Shown: positions 1 through 11,245, counted from the stretch's first letter. The stretch is 32,000 nucleotides of DNA from Candidatus Omnitrophota bacterium (GCA_963662715.1 OY759724.1:180001-212000); one strand, 5' to 3'. Made by a program: numbers and translations. Notes: generated from the sequence alone by a model not told the origin.

Positions 1-2085
1 ATAACTGCCGTCTTTATTGCTTACAAGAGGATTCATGTCGATCTCTTTAACGACAGAGGAAAGCTTCTGTATCGCACAGATCGTTTGTATAATCGATTCC
101 TTGTGCGCCGCCATTCCGCGAAAGCCGTCTAGAATTTTACGGCTTTTGATCTCGTGGATCAAACGTTCCGCTTCCACGGCACCGAAGGGGACGACCCGGA
201 AAGACACGTCTTTCAGGGCTTCCACAAACACGCCTCCGAGCCCAAACATAACCACAGGGCCGAATTGAGGATCACGGCTCATGCCGACGATACATTCGAC
301 CCCCTGCACCATCTGAACCAAATTCACACCCAGCAATTTGGCCTGCGGCTGAAGACGGGCAATATTTTCCATCATGGCCGTGTATTTTTCCGTTAACTCT
401 TCGGCCGTCTTTATGTTAAGAACAACACCCCCGACGTCTGTCTTATGGACAATATCCGGAGAAGCTATTTTCATCGCTAAAGGATATAATCCTTCCGCTT
501 TTTCCACAGCTTCATCCAATGACTGCACGAAAGCAGACGGCGGGGTCGGAACCCCGCACAATTCCATGACTTCTCTCGCTTCCTGTTCCATCAATATGGT
601 CCGGCCTTCCGCCTTTACTCTCTCAATGATCTCCACCGCTTTTTCCGGAGGGGGTTCAGAGACCGGGTTGTCTTTGGGGCGGGAAGAAATATCTTTCCAG
701 GCATACAGGGCCTTTAAAGAGGACACGGCTTCATCAACAGCGCCAAAGGCAGGGATATTTTTCCCGTTCAGATAATGCAAGGCCTCCCTGGAACGTTCGC
801 CGCCCACCATCGTGACAACTAGAGGCTTCTTCCTGCCGGATTGATCATATTCAGCCGCAATCGATTCGGCGATAGATAAAGGATCCGTTACCGCTGTCTC
901 ACAATATAAAATAATCACGGTATGGATACGGTCTTCCGAGAGAGCTTCGTGAGCAGCTTGACGATATTGCTCCCCATGTCCCTGTCCGGTGATATCGATC
1001 GGGTTTTTCGTGCTGCCGAAATCCGGCATTGTCTTGCGGAATTTTTCTTCCAGCCAGCCGGGATCATCCATAAGATCGATATCCGCAGCTTCACACTCGT
1101 CCGTAGCGAAAACGCCGATCCCGCCCCCGTTGGTAATGATGACCGTCTCATGGCCTGCGGGAAGCGGTAAAGACAGGCTGCGGGACCAGTTGAAAGCTTC
1201 CGTAAATGTATCGGCACGTAAAACTCCCATCTGCTTAAATGCCGCAGCATAAATACCGTCACTTCCGGCCAAAGATCCTGTATGCGACGCCGCCGCTTGG
1301 GCTCCCCGCTGTGACCGGCCGACTTTTAAAACAATAACCGGCTTCTTTATTTCTGTCTGCAGGAAAGATTTTCCGTCCTTAATCCCTTCCATATAACTCA
1401 CGACAACATCCACGTTCTCATCCTGATTGAAGAATTCGATCAGGCCGCGCTCCTCAACGTCCACCTTATTTCCCAGGTTGACCAAAGCCGCCAACCCGAT
1501 TCTTTCCATAACGGTCCAGCCCATTAAGGCAATCGCCAGAGCTCCGCTTTGCGAAATGAAAGCGATCTTTCCCGGCAAGACAGTTTTCGGCCCGAAACTG
1601 GCGTTCAGTTTTGCCGGGGTGTAAACAATCCCCAAAGTATTGGGCCCCAGGACAGACATATGATTTTCATCGGCAATTTGCTTGATCATTTCTTCCTCTT
1701 CATTATTGCCGACTTCCGAGAAACCCGACGTAATCAGGGAAACATTCTTAATCCCCTTCGCTGCGCAATCCTTCATCGTTGCAACAACAAACTTGGCGGG
1801 GATCGCGATAACGGCCAGATCAACGGCCGACGGGACATCCGAGACCGACGGATACGTTTTTTGACCTAAGATCATCTCCTCTTTCGGGTTAATAGGAAAA
1901 ATGTCCCCGGCAAAACCAGATTCAATGATATTCTGCAGGATCTGGAAACCTATTTTTGCCGGATTGGCAGAAGCGCCAATGATGGCAACACTCTTGGGAT
2001 AAAAAATACCTTTAAGATCTTTCAAGTTCTGTCCCTGCCCCTCTTTTCCCCTCCGATTTGAAGACAATTTTTGTTCTTCCGACAT
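1..2085 (-). CDS. ADP-forming acetate--CoA ligase family protein (fused CoA-binding/ligase-CoA and ATP-grasp parts); the 3' end runs off the left edge
   Basis: Absent from the ORF track because no stop codon lies in the window. My translation of the minus strand from ATG 2085-2083 stays open for 695 codons down to position 1. An SD-like GAAAGG lies upstream. Motifs: LKGIFYPKSVAIIGASANPAKIGFQILQNI (CoA-binding fold), FISQSGALA, GAQAAASHTGSLAG (phosphohistidine-loop type) and a C-terminal ATP-grasp part ending VKEIDMNPL. It could instead be the N-terminal 700 aa of a Pat-type acetyltransferase if a GNAT domain follows outside the window. Confidence 0.85.
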   Translation of the reverse strand, partial: MSEEQKLSSNRRGKEGQGQNLKDLKGIFYPKSVAIIGASANPAKIGFQILQNIIESGFAGDIFPINPKEEMILGQKTYPSVSDVPSAVDLAVIAIPAKFVVATMKDCAAKGIKNVSLITSGFSEVGNNEEEEMIKQIADENHMSVLGPNTLGIVYTPAKLNASFGPKTVLPGKIAFISQSGALAIALMGWTVMERIGLAALVNLGNKVDVEERGLIEFFNQDENVDVVVSYMEGIKDGKSFLQTEIKKPVIVLKVGRSQRGAQAAASHTGSLAGSDGIYAAAFKQMGVLRADTFTEAFNWSRSLSLPLPAGHETVIITNGGGIGVFATDECEAADIDLMDDPGWLEEKFRKTMPDFGSTKNPIDITGQGHGEQYRQAAHEALSEDRIHTVIILYCETAVTDPLSIAESIAAEYDQSGRKKPLVVTMVGGERSREALHYLNGKNIPAFGAVDEAVSSLKALYAWKDISSRPKDNPVSEPPPEKAVEIIERVKAEGRTILMEQEAREVMELCGVPTPPSAFVQSLDEAVEKAEGLYPLAMKIASPDIVHKTDVGGVVLNIKTAEELTEKYTAMMENIARLQPQAKLLGVNLVQMVQGVECIVGMSRDPQFGPVVMFGLGGVFVEALKDVSFRVVPFGAVEAERLIHEIKSRKILDGFRGMAAHKESIIQTICAIQKLSSVVKEIDMNPLVSNKDGSY

Positions 2086-2135
2086 CTCAACAGCCTTTCT
2101 ATATATAATATTTTTTAATGAATGAAAATCGGCTT

Positions 2136-2164
2136 ATTGTAACAAATAAAATGATTTTACACAA
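2136..2164 (-). promoter_or_regulatory. Candidate sigma70 promoter for the acetate-CoA ligase gene
   Basis: On the minus strand: TTGTGT, a 17-nt spacer, then TACAAT preceded by TGt (extended -10 form). It lies about 50 nt upstream of the ATG at 2085. Sequence match only. Confidence 0.35.
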
Positions 2165-2197
2165 TGCGGTATTTCGCATATTTCGGTTGCCGCGCAT

Positions 2198-2237
2198 AAA
2201 AAGCTAAAAGCCGTGCCCTTTTTTACCGGGGCACGGC
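2198..2237 (-). terminator. Rho-independent terminator downstream of the mscS-like gene
   Basis: A 9-bp GC-rich stem pairs GCCGTGCCC (2210-2218) with GGGCACGGC (2229-2237). On the minus-strand transcript it is followed by UUUUAGCUUUUU. It begins about 20 nt after the stop at 2256. Confidence 0.65.
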
Positions 2238-2255
2238 CTTTCTGCTGCACTAAAA

Positions 2256-3065
2256 CTATTTTTCATTAAAAAGATGAACATCCTGCTGCGGGAACGGGAT
2301 GGTGATCCCGGCATCTTCCAGAGCCTGTTTGCCTTTCTCCACAACGTCAAAATACACGGCCCAGTAATCCCCCGGATTAACCCATGGACGACACACCAGG
2401 TTCACGCTGCTGTCTCCCAGTTCACTGACAGCGACAACCGGGGCCGGATCTTTCAAGACACGCTTATCGGAAGTGACAACGTTCATTAAAATATCTTTCG
2501 CCTTTTTCATATCATCGCTGTAAGATATGCCGAAAACCAGGTCAATGCGTCTTTTTTCAATAGCGCTAAAGTTCGTGATACTGCCCCCCGTCACCTGGCC
2601 GTTGGGGATAACAATCTTGCGGTTGTCCGGATGAGATAACACCGTATTAAATATCTGAATTTCCTTGACCGTTCCCATCTCTCCGGCAACGTTCACAAAA
2701 TCACCGACACTGAAAGGCTTAAATAGAACAAGCATAACCCCCGCGGCAAAATTCGCTAAGGACCCCTGTAAAGCCAGACCAACGGCTAAGCCGGCCGCGC
2801 CAATAACCGCGACCATAGAGGTGGTTTCAACGCCAAGCTTATTAAGGGTGGCGATGATAACAAAAACCATGATACCCATATAACTTAAATGATGAACAAA
2901 ACCAGCCAATGTCTCATCCAGTTTGGCCTTGAGCATAAGCTTTTTAAAAAGCCGGGAAATAAATTTGGCCACCAAACGCCCCATAAAAAAAATAAGTATT
3001 GCGGCCACAATCTTGACGGCATAACTCACGACAAAAGATTGCAGGTTACTGAGATTTTCTTGCAT
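2256..3065 (-). CDS. mscS: Small-conductance mechanosensitive channel, MscS family
   Basis: 269 aa with three N-terminal TM helices, then a typical MscS pore and beta-domain sequence (GAAGLAVGLALQGSLANFAAGVMLVLFKPFSVGDFV...GTVKEIQIFNTVL..DNRKIVIPNG). An AAAGGAG SD lies 6 nt upstream of the ATG. Confidence 0.9.
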   Translation of the reverse strand: MQENLSNLQSFVVSYAVKIVAAILIFFMGRLVAKFISRLFKKLMLKAKLDETLAGFVHHLSYMGIMVFVIIATLNKLGVETTSMVAVIGAAGLAVGLALQGSLANFAAGVMLVLFKPFSVGDFVNVAGEMGTVKEIQIFNTVLSHPDNRKIVIPNGQVTGGSITNFSAIEKRRIDLVFGISYSDDMKKAKDILMNVVTSDKRVLKDPAPVVAVSELGDSSVNLVCRPWVNPGDYWAVYFDVVEKGKQALEDAGITIPFPQQDVHLFNEK

Positions 3066-3358
3066 AACGACTCCTTTCTTAATATTCCATCATTAATTGG
3101 AACCAAAATTCATGCCGTGTGAACACTGATTCCCGGAGGCAACCAGCGCTTTCAGAAAGTGAACTGCCCTGAATTTTTATTTCGCCTCTTTTAAAAAGAG
3201 GCTCACAAAACTTCCCGGGAAATTCTTCCGGCGACAATCAGGCATTAGTCCATTCAGAAAAAATTCTCTTACAAAATATCTGAAGTTTCTGACAGATTCA
3301 TCATAATCCTCGGACAACGGCTCCTTTGAGTCAAGGCCCGGGAAAGAGCAGCCTAAAA

Positions 3359-5287
3359 TCAACTCTCGTCTGATCTGACAAAAAATCTGGTGTATACCAT
3401 AGAGACGCACAACAATATGACTCCCAGGCCGATAAAAGCCAATATTTTATAAATCGTATTAATCCCGCTCATGTCATAAAAAATGAGCCGGAAACAGGAC
3501 AGCGACAATACGGCAAGGGCACAAACCCGGAATATTTTTATTCTCAATCCAAAGCCGAACAACATAATCCCCGTCCCCAGTGTCGTCCAGCCCAACGTAA
3601 GCCACTTAACGGCCATTTCCTGGTCAAGCAAAAAGACCGCAAGCAACGTGCCGGCGACCGGAAAATAACGGAACAGGGCCACTTCTTCCGCCAGAACATT
3701 CTGCACGAACCACTTCCGGCGGGAGACGGCGCCGACGGCAAACATGCACAGGGCTACAAGGCTTACGCAAACAATATTATGAGGGAAGGCCCCCAGGAAA
3801 CCCGGCAACATCTGACCGTTTGAAAAATCAACGGCAAGCAGACGGATGAGAATAAACAGGGTCAGGACAAGAGACAATAAACGGTACAGTCTCTCCCGGT
3901 AGTAAACCCCCAACGCCAAAAGCATAATCATCTCAATGAGCCACAAGTACGTCATACTCAAACGGGGGTACCGGATCCAGGCAGCTAAAGAGAAACAGAA
4001 AAAAGCCAAAGAGACATTAACGACGATCTGATAAGGCCGGTTTGTCTTTTTATATGAATACGCCAGGAAAAGGGATGCTCCGGCGAGGACCAGCAGGAAA
4101 CCATATCCCGGCGACTCCTGCCATTCCAGCGAAGACGCCATGAGAGAAAGATCCCGCAATCCTAAAAAAACAAAAAATCCGGTATTACACAACAGCCCGG
4201 TTATCGAATAATTTTTCGACCTCTCCGGGATCTTCAGGCAAAAAAGTGTCAGAGTAAAAACGAGCCACCCCGTTAACAGGAGCCCCATGCTGATGTAAAT
4301 ATCCTTCAGGGGCACGGGACAGGATGAGACATTCCCCCACACCCATAAGCGCTGGGGCTGCAATAAAAAATGGTGCGTAAGATATGTCGCATTGATCGCA
4401 AAAACCAGGAATCTCGGCCAGCACAATTTCAAGGAAATAAAGGCCACGCTTCCCGTCAGTAAAGCCCAATAGGCAATCGTCGAATATTCCAAACCTCCCA
4501 GACCCGCCGTGATAAAGGCTAAAAGGAAGGTCATGGCGGTTACGATCCAGGAACGGTACTTCAGGTTATAGACGATCGCAATGACGCTCACGCTCGACAG
4601 CAAAAATAATGACAGGAAAGGACTTCGTATGATCTGCGTCGCAGGGATGTAATGCATCGCATAGGTCGACAAATAGAGAAGCCCCCAGCCTCCCCCCAAA
4701 ATACCCCACGCCAGTTTATAAGCTCCCTTTTGTTCCAGTTGATTTCCGCCATAAATAAATGCGGCAGCCAGACAATAGCCCAGCAAAACTTTTGCGAACG
4801 CCGGTAAATACTGGATAGAATAACTGATAAAAAACCCTACCCCTATAACAAAGATTACAACGCCGATACGGTTAAGCCAGTATTTCCCAAAAACAAATTC
4901 AAACCCCTGGGGTTCTGGCAATGCCGCCGTCGTTTCCTCAGGTTTCGATTCCATGTCCGCGGCTGCGGGGGGGAGGTTTGTCATCGCTCCTTCCGGTGGA
5001 CGGGACTCTCCCCCCATTTGATCCAGACGTTGTTCGAGTTGCACAATCTTATTCTGCAGTGATGCCAAAGAATCCCTGAGCTGCCGAAGGCACATGCGCG
5101 CTTCCGAGATGTCTCTGATCTCCCGAGGAGCTTCATACGGCACAACCGGAGAAAGCAGCAAAACGATAATAAGGGCCCCCGGGCCTAAAACAAGAGACAG
5201 GAAAAAATAGCCGACAATTGAGCGATGTTTTTGATCCGCAACGATGACCGTGGCGAGAACAGAGGCAAGCCAGAGGAAAGAAAACAT
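3359..5287 (-). CDS. Large polytopic membrane protein, DUF2339-like architecture (N-terminal TM pair, coiled coil, Pro/acidic linker, many TM helices)
   Basis: The ORF track gives 3359-5377. I trim the start to ATG 5287-5285 (MFSFLWLASV...) because it has an AGGAG SD 6 nt upstream. The longer N-terminus would also be translated across a 20-bp perfect hairpin. The protein has a coiled-coil-like stretch (LRQLRDSLASLQNKIVQLEQRLDQM) and then roughly 15 or more hydrophobic segments. The family name is from memory of that architecture. Confidence 0.75.
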   Translation of the reverse strand: MFSFLWLASVLATVIVADQKHRSIVGYFFLSLVLGPGALIIVLLLSPVVPYEAPREIRDISEARMCLRQLRDSLASLQNKIVQLEQRLDQMGGESRPPEGAMTNLPPAAADMESKPEETTAALPEPQGFEFVFGKYWLNRIGVVIFVIGVGFFISYSIQYLPAFAKVLLGYCLAAAFIYGGNQLEQKGAYKLAWGILGGGWGLLYLSTYAMHYIPATQIIRSPFLSLFLLSSVSVIAIVYNLKYRSWIVTAMTFLLAFITAGLGGLEYSTIAYWALLTGSVAFISLKLCWPRFLVFAINATYLTHHFLLQPQRLWVWGNVSSCPVPLKDIYISMGLLLTGWLVFTLTLFCLKIPERSKNYSITGLLCNTGFFVFLGLRDLSLMASSLEWQESPGYGFLLVLAGASLFLAYSYKKTNRPYQIVVNVSLAFFCFSLAAWIRYPRLSMTYLWLIEMIMLLALGVYYRERLYRLLSLVLTLFILIRLLAVDFSNGQMLPGFLGAFPHNIVCVSLVALCMFAVGAVSRRKWFVQNVLAEEVALFRYFPVAGTLLAVFLLDQEMAVKWLTLGWTTLGTGIMLFGFGLRIKIFRVCALAVLSLSCFRLIFYDMSGINTIYKILAFIGLGVILLCVSMVYTRFFVRSDES

Positions 5288-5330
5288 ATCATCTCCTTGT
5301 AAAAATATCCGGGCATGGACAAAAGGGTCT

Positions 5331-5377
5331 ATGATTAAGGGCATAACAGCTCCCAAGGCTGTTATGCCCTTAATCAT
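5331..5377 (-). terminator. Perfect 20-bp inverted repeat with a 7-nt loop; candidate terminator/attenuator or protein-binding palindrome between the AhpD-like and DUF2339-like genes
   Basis: ATGATTAAGGGCATAACAGC (5331-5350) is the exact reverse complement of 5358-5377. It lies 52 nt downstream of the stop at 5430 and 44 nt upstream of the ATG at 5287. Only a weak U tract (CUUUUG) follows on the minus strand. Confidence 0.45.
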
Positions 5378-5429
5378 AACTCATGTCAAAACAAGGAACA
5401 AGAAGAAAATAGGCCTCCTGAAAACTCTT

Positions 5430-5963
5430 TCAGACTTTGTAGGCAGGAAAATCAATAACCGGCTCGGTGATATGATTAAAGTAATTCGTAAAAGTATTTA
5501 AAGCCACCAACGCGACCAATTCTACCAGCGCCGCCTGACTGTACCCAACGGCAAAAAATTCATCCAGTGTTGCCTGGGAAGGGCGGCCCCGGGTGACAAC
5601 GATTTCTTTGGCCAGAGAGGTCAGTGCTTTTAGTTTTTCATCGGTCACCGTGCCTGTTCGCATCTGAATCGTTTGCTCTTCGGTTAACCCGCTCATCTTA
5701 GCGATAGCCGTATGAGCCGCCAGACAATAGCCGCAATCATTTTCCTGGGCGATACTTAAGGCAACGGCTTCGACTTCCTGGTCTTTAAATTCTCCGCCCT
5801 TTAACGCGTCCCCGAAATCCAGGACCGCTTTTAAAGCAACGGGGGAATGTCCGATTGTCGCATAAATATTCGGGACCCGCCCCAGTTTCTTTTTTATGCC
5901 ATCAAACAATGATTTCGCCTCGACAGAGGCGTCTTCGTATTTCATGATCTCCAGCTGAGCCAT
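5430..5963 (-). CDS. Carboxymuconolactone decarboxylase / AhpD-like alkylhydroperoxidase family protein
   Basis: 177 aa with an AhpD-type CxxC motif followed by His (ENDCGYCLAAH). A strong GGAGGGAG SD precedes the ATG. Confidence 0.8.
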   Translation of the reverse strand: MAQLEIMKYEDASVEAKSLFDGIKKKLGRVPNIYATIGHSPVALKAVLDFGDALKGGEFKDQEVEAVALSIAQENDCGYCLAAHTAIAKMSGLTEEQTIQMRTGTVTDEKLKALTSLAKEIVVTRGRPSQATLDEFFAVGYSQAALVELVALVALNTFTNYFNHITEPVIDFPAYKV

Positions 5964-6001
5964 CTCTCCCTCCTTCTCTTCTTGAAATATTTCCGTGAAT
6001 G

Positions 6002-6370
6002 TTAATATTGATGCAGGCCAACCTTATTGCCTTCCGTATCCTGGATAACAGCATAAATCCCAAAATCTCCTTCGACCTCAGTCGCCGGAACAATAATTTT
6101 CCCTCCGGATTCCCCGACCTTTTTTAAAGTTTCGGCCACGTTAGCGTTGAAATAAACAAGCACTCCTCCGCTGTGAGGGTTCCGGCCCTCCCCCTGGATA
6201 ATAGCACCTCCGGAAATCTCCGCCCCCTGCGCCAGGATAGCGATTTTCACTTTATCCAAATCTCTCCTTTCCAGACGCCGGCCAAGAACCGTTTGATAAA
6301 ACTGAACGGCACGGTCAATGTCCGTAGCAGGAATTTCAAACCAGCTTAAAACTTTCTTGCTCTGTCCCAT
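6002..6370 (-). CDS. VOC (glyoxalase / bleomycin-resistance / dioxygenase) family protein
   Basis: About 122 aa of small beta-alpha-beta-beta-beta type sequence (LSWFEIPATDIDRAVQFYQTVLG...GGVLVYFNA...YAVIQDTEGNKVGLH). The ORF track starts at GTG 6391. AAGGAGG sits just before the ATGATG pair, so ATG 6370 (or 6373) is the likelier start. Confidence 0.75.
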   Translation of the reverse strand: MGQSKKVLSWFEIPATDIDRAVQFYQTVLGRRLERRDLDKVKIAILAQGAEISGGAIIQGEGRNPHSGGVLVYFNANVAETLKKVGESGGKIIVPATEVEGDFGIYAVIQDTEGNKVGLHQY

Positions 6371-6614
6371 CATCTCCTCCTTTTCAGTCACAATCAGGTA
6401 TTATCATGCATTGGTCGCTGTGTTTGGACAAAACTTACAGTTTTCTTGTCTCCTGCCGGATCAGCGGGACAAACCTGTATGGACATCTCATCTGTTATCA
6501 TTTCCCCAGGATGGATAAAAGGATGGGCGTGTGCGGACTCCGGCGTTATGTTCCTCCGGAAGATTTACGCCATCGGGCTAAGTCGGAAGTTCCGGTTCCT
6601 GTGCCGGGGGCCTT

Positions 6615-7544
6615 TCAGCCTTCTTCATACAACCATGTCGAAAGATACCTCTCCCCGCAGGAAGGGAAAATAACGACAATGGTTTTCCCGGCGGCTTCGG
6701 GACGCTGAGCGACTTCGTGAGCCGCCCACATCGCCGCCCCGCTGGAAATACCGGCTAAGATACCCTCTTCTTTGGCCAGCCTCCGGGCAAAAATCCCGGC
6801 GTTAACATGCGTCACCTGAATAATCTCATCAATAACATCCCGGTTGAAAACCTGAGGGATAAAGCCGGCTCCGATCCCCTGAATACGGTGCGACCCCGGG
6901 GCCCCTCCGGACAAAACAGGAGACTCCACCGGCTCAAGGGCAATGCTTTTTACGGAAGCTTTCTTTTCTTTCAGGCTTTCTGAAATGCCGGTGATCGTCC
7001 CCCCGGTGCCGACCCCGGCAATGATATAATCGACAGCGCCGTCCGTATCCTGCCAGATCTCCTCGGCTGTCGTTCTCCGGTGGATATCCGGATTAGAGGC
7101 GTTGGTGAATTGCTGAGGGACAAAACTGTTTTTCGTCTGCTGGGCAAGAGCCTCGGCCTTTTCTACGGCGCCTTTCATCCCTTTGGCGCCTTCGGTCAAG
7201 ACAAGTTCCGCGCCCAGGCCTTTAAGCAATTTTCTCCGTTCCACACTCATGGTATCAGGCATCGTAAGAATAAGACGGTACCCTTTAGCCGCCGCGACAA
7301 AGGCCAAGGCAATACCGGTATTGCCGCTCGTCGGCTCAATAATCACGGAATCCTTGTGCAGCAGGCCTTTTTTCTCCGCATCCTCTATCATCGCGACCCC
7401 TATACGGTCCTTGACGCTGGACAGAGGATTCAAAAATTCCAGCTTGGCCAAAACATCTGCTTTAAACCCGGCCGTCAGCTTGTTGATTCGAACCAACGGG
7501 GTGTGGCCGACGGTCTGCGTAATATCATCATATATCTGCGCCAT
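6615..7544 (-). CDS. cysK: Cysteine synthase A (O-acetylserine sulfhydrylase)
   Basis: 309 aa with the PLP-lysine motif SVKDRIG, the TSGNTG loop and [17 protein letters not shown] lies 6 nt upstream of the ATG. Confidence 0.92.
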   Translation of the reverse strand: MAQIYDDITQTVGHTPLVRINKLTAGFKADVLAKLEFLNPLSSVKDRIGVAMIEDAEKKGLLHKDSVIIEPTSGNTGIALAFVAAAKGYRLILTMPDTMSVERRKLLKGLGAELVLTEGAKGMKGAVEKAEALAQQTKNSFVPQQFTNASNPDIHRRTTAEEIWQDTDGAVDYIIAGVGTGGTITGISESLKEKKASVKSIALEPVESPVLSGGAPGSHRIQGIGAGFIPQVFNRDVIDEIIQVTHVNAGIFARRLAKEEGILAGISSGAAMWAAHEVAQRPEAAGKTIVVIFPSCGERYLSTWLYEEG

Positions 7545-7593
7545 AAAACGCCTCCTTAACTTTTTTCCGAAACGCCGGTAACCCGCCGTCGCT

Positions 7594-9359
<1,766 letters not shown>

Positions 9360-9386
9360 CGGGGCCTCCTTTCCTTACTTTCATGA

Positions 9387-9411
9387 TAAATTTAGTTGCA
9401 ATTTAAATTTA
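9387..9411 (-). promoter_or_regulatory. Candidate operator: two copies of the palindromic octamer TAAATTTA separated by 9 nt
   Basis: TAAATTTA occurs at 9387-9394 and at 9404-9411. The second copy overlaps the predicted -10 of the Rrf2 operon promoter. Confidence 0.4.
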
Positions 9412-9433
9412 CCATAAAGAAGACTATTGTCAA
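9406..9433 (-). promoter_or_regulatory. Candidate sigma70 promoter of the Rrf2-metY-cysK operon
   Basis: On the minus strand: TTGACA (9433-9428), a 16-nt spacer, then TAAATT (9411-9406). It lies about 45 nt upstream of the ATG at 9359. Confidence 0.45.
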
Positions 9434-9493
9434 GTAAATAAATAAATTTTATAGCAAATAAAGGGGCTCACCTTGAGGCAAAAATATAACAAA

Positions 9494-11245
9494 TCAGGAT
9501 ATAAAATCCCGGAGAACCGCCCCTGTATCAGCGCTTGTCACAAACTGCGCATAACGGGCCAACCATCCGCCGCGAATTTTTGATTTAAAAGGCTTCATAG
9601 CCTTTCTCCGAGAAGCCAGTTCTTTGGCAGACAAACGGATATCGATTTTCTTCTTCTTTACATCAATGTCTATGATGTCGCCATTTTTAATAAGCGCGAT
9701 CTCACCGCCTGCCGCGGCCTCTGGAGCGACGTGTCCTATACACAGCCCCCGGGTCCCGCCGGAAAAACGGCCGTCGGTAATAAGGGCGGCACGGATCCCC
9801 GCCCCCCGGATCGCTGCCGTAGGAGAAAGCATTTCCTGCATCCCCGGGCCGCCTCTCGGGCCTTCATAACGGATGACAACAACGTCTCCATCCCTGACCT
9901 TTCCTTTTAATATCCCGTCCAAAGCCTGCTCCTGCGATTCATACACTTTTGCCGGCCCGGAGAAGCAAAACATATCCGAATCAACACCGCTGGTTTTCAG
10001 GACAGAGCCGTTCCGGGCAATGTTGCCAAAAAGGACTTCCAGCCCGCCCTCCGGAGAAAACGCGTTCTCCACGGAACGCAAGACATCCCCGTCCGGCTCC
10101 GGCGCCGCCAGGACATAATCCCCCAACGTGCCGTATACGGTCCGGGCGGAAAGATCCATGTCCTCATGTCCGGATTTATAGATCGCTTTTAAAATCGCCC
10201 CCATCCCGCCAACTCGATGGACATCTTCGATATGGACATCCGGCCTGGAAGGAGAAATTTTAATAATATTGGCCGTTTTGTTTGAAATATGATTGATACG
10301 CTTTAACGTGTATTTAATCCCGGCTTCATGCGCCAAGGCCAAAACATGCAGAACCGTATTCGTCGAACCGCCCATAGCCGTATCTAAAATAAACGCATTG
10401 TCAATCGCCTTGCGGGTTACGATATCCAGCGGGCGCACCTGTTTTTTCAACAAGTCCATAATCCTGACAGCGGCCTGTTTGACCAATTCAATCCTTTGCG
10501 GATTCAACTCGACCGCCCCCGGACGCCCCGTCACCCAGCGGGCGGCGGGGATCGTGCCGTTTCCAGGCAAGGCCAGCCCCAGAACTTCCCCGAGACAATT
10601 CATGGAATTTGCCGTGAACATTCCGGCGCAACTCCCGCAGCTGGGGCAGGCGGTTTCCGTTAATTGTTCCAATTCCGGCATACTCATTTTCCCGACACTG
10701 TACTTCCCGACCCCTTCAAAAATAGAAATGAGATCGGTGTTGCCGCATCCGGCCAGCATAGGGCCTCCGCTCACATACAAAGCCGGGATATTGATCCTGA
10801 CCATGGCATTGTACATCGCCGGGACAATTTTATCGCAATTCCCTATCCCGATCCAGGCGTCCGGAGGATGAGCTCCGATAATGGTTTCAATCTGGTCGGC
10901 AATCAGCTCGCGGGACGGCAGAGAATATTTCATCCCGAAATGGCCCATGGCAATACCGTCACAAACAGCAGCCCCGATATTGGCATACCAGACATTCACC
11001 CCCTGAGCTTCCAGCTCCTGCTTGAGGACGGCCCCCAGCCTGTCAAGATGAGCGTGTCCCGGGATCTGGGTCGTATAGGAATTAATGATCGTCACAAAAG
11101 GACGTTTCAAATCCTGCACGGATTTTAAAACCCCCTCCGCAATCATCAGGGAAACACCGGGCATCATATGCGCCCCGCTTCGGTAAATGTCGCTTCCTTT
11201 ATCCCTTATATTCTTGATGCCTTGATTTACAACAGGTCTTGCCAT
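9494..11245 (-). CDS. ilvD: Dihydroxy-acid dehydratase (IlvD/Edd family)
   Basis: 583 aa with family motifs [51 protein letters not shown] and [18 protein letters not shown] present. Confidence 0.9.
   Translation of the reverse strand: MARPVVNQGIKNIRDKGSDIYRSGAHMMPGVSLMIAEGVLKSVQDLKRPFVTIINSYTTQIPGHAHLDRLGAVLKQELEAQGVNVWYANIGAAVCDGIAMGHFGMKYSLPSRELIADQIETIIGAHPPDAWIGIGNCDKIVPAMYNAMVRINIPALYVSGGPMLAGCGNTDLISIFEGVGKYSVGKMSMPELEQLTETACPSCGSCAGMFTANSMNCLGEVLGLALPGNGTIPAARWVTGRPGAVELNPQRIELVKQAAVRIMDLLKKQVRPLDIVTRKAIDNAFILDTAMGGSTNTVLHVLALAHEAGIKYTLKRINHISNKTANIIKISPSRPDVHIEDVHRVGGMGAILKAIYKSGHEDMDLSARTVYGTLGDYVLAAPEPDGDVLRSVENAFSPEGGLEVLFGNIARNGSVLKTSGVDSDMFCFSGPAKVYESQEQALDGILKGKVRDGDVVVIRYEGPRGGPGMQEMLSPTAAIRGAGIRAALITDGRFSGGTRGLCIGHVAPEAAAGGEIALIKNGDIIDIDVKKKKIDIRLSAKELASRRKAMKPFKSKIRGGWLARYAQFVTSADTGAVLRDFIS

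Noticed and set aside
17-1869. About ten short ORFs (60-133 aa) on both strands listed by the ORF track in the first 1.9 kb.
   Set aside because: All lie inside, out of frame with or antisense to, a 695-codon open minus-strand frame with clear acetate-CoA ligase motifs. Their products are low-complexity and look like nothing I recognise.
3184-3202. A short hairpin (GCCTCTTT / AAAGAGGC) in the mscS upstream region. A similar AT-rich hairpin sits at 23671-23692, overlapping the kinase stop codon.
   Set aside because: The loops are very short or the stems AT-rich, and neither has an adjacent U tract. This is not enough to call a terminator.
3177-3410. A 77-aa minus-strand ORF in the mscS to DUF2339 intergenic region.
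   Set aside because: Its start overlaps the 3' end of the DUF2339-like gene in another frame. It has no SD or recognisable motif, and the region is more plausibly the 3' UTR and the mscS promoter. Kept only as a very low-probability small gene.
4185-4469. A 94-aa minus-strand ORF nested within the DUF2339-like gene. Similar nested same-strand ORFs occur at 7628-7933, 17375-17632, 18209-18472, 20271-20492, 23981-24310, 27324-27506, 28811-28996 and 29780-30031.
   Set aside because: These are alternative frames of well-supported longer genes. They have no independent translation signals and their composition is Arg/Gly/Ser-rich.
5288-5377. The ORF-track N-terminal extension of the DUF2339-like protein (MIKGITALGAVMPLII...).
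   Set aside because: The extension is encoded entirely by the two arms of the 20-bp perfect hairpin, which is why it reads as a palindromic peptide (the mirrored motif also appears in the plus-strand ORF at 5244-5501). The internal ATG 5287 has a proper AGGAG SD.
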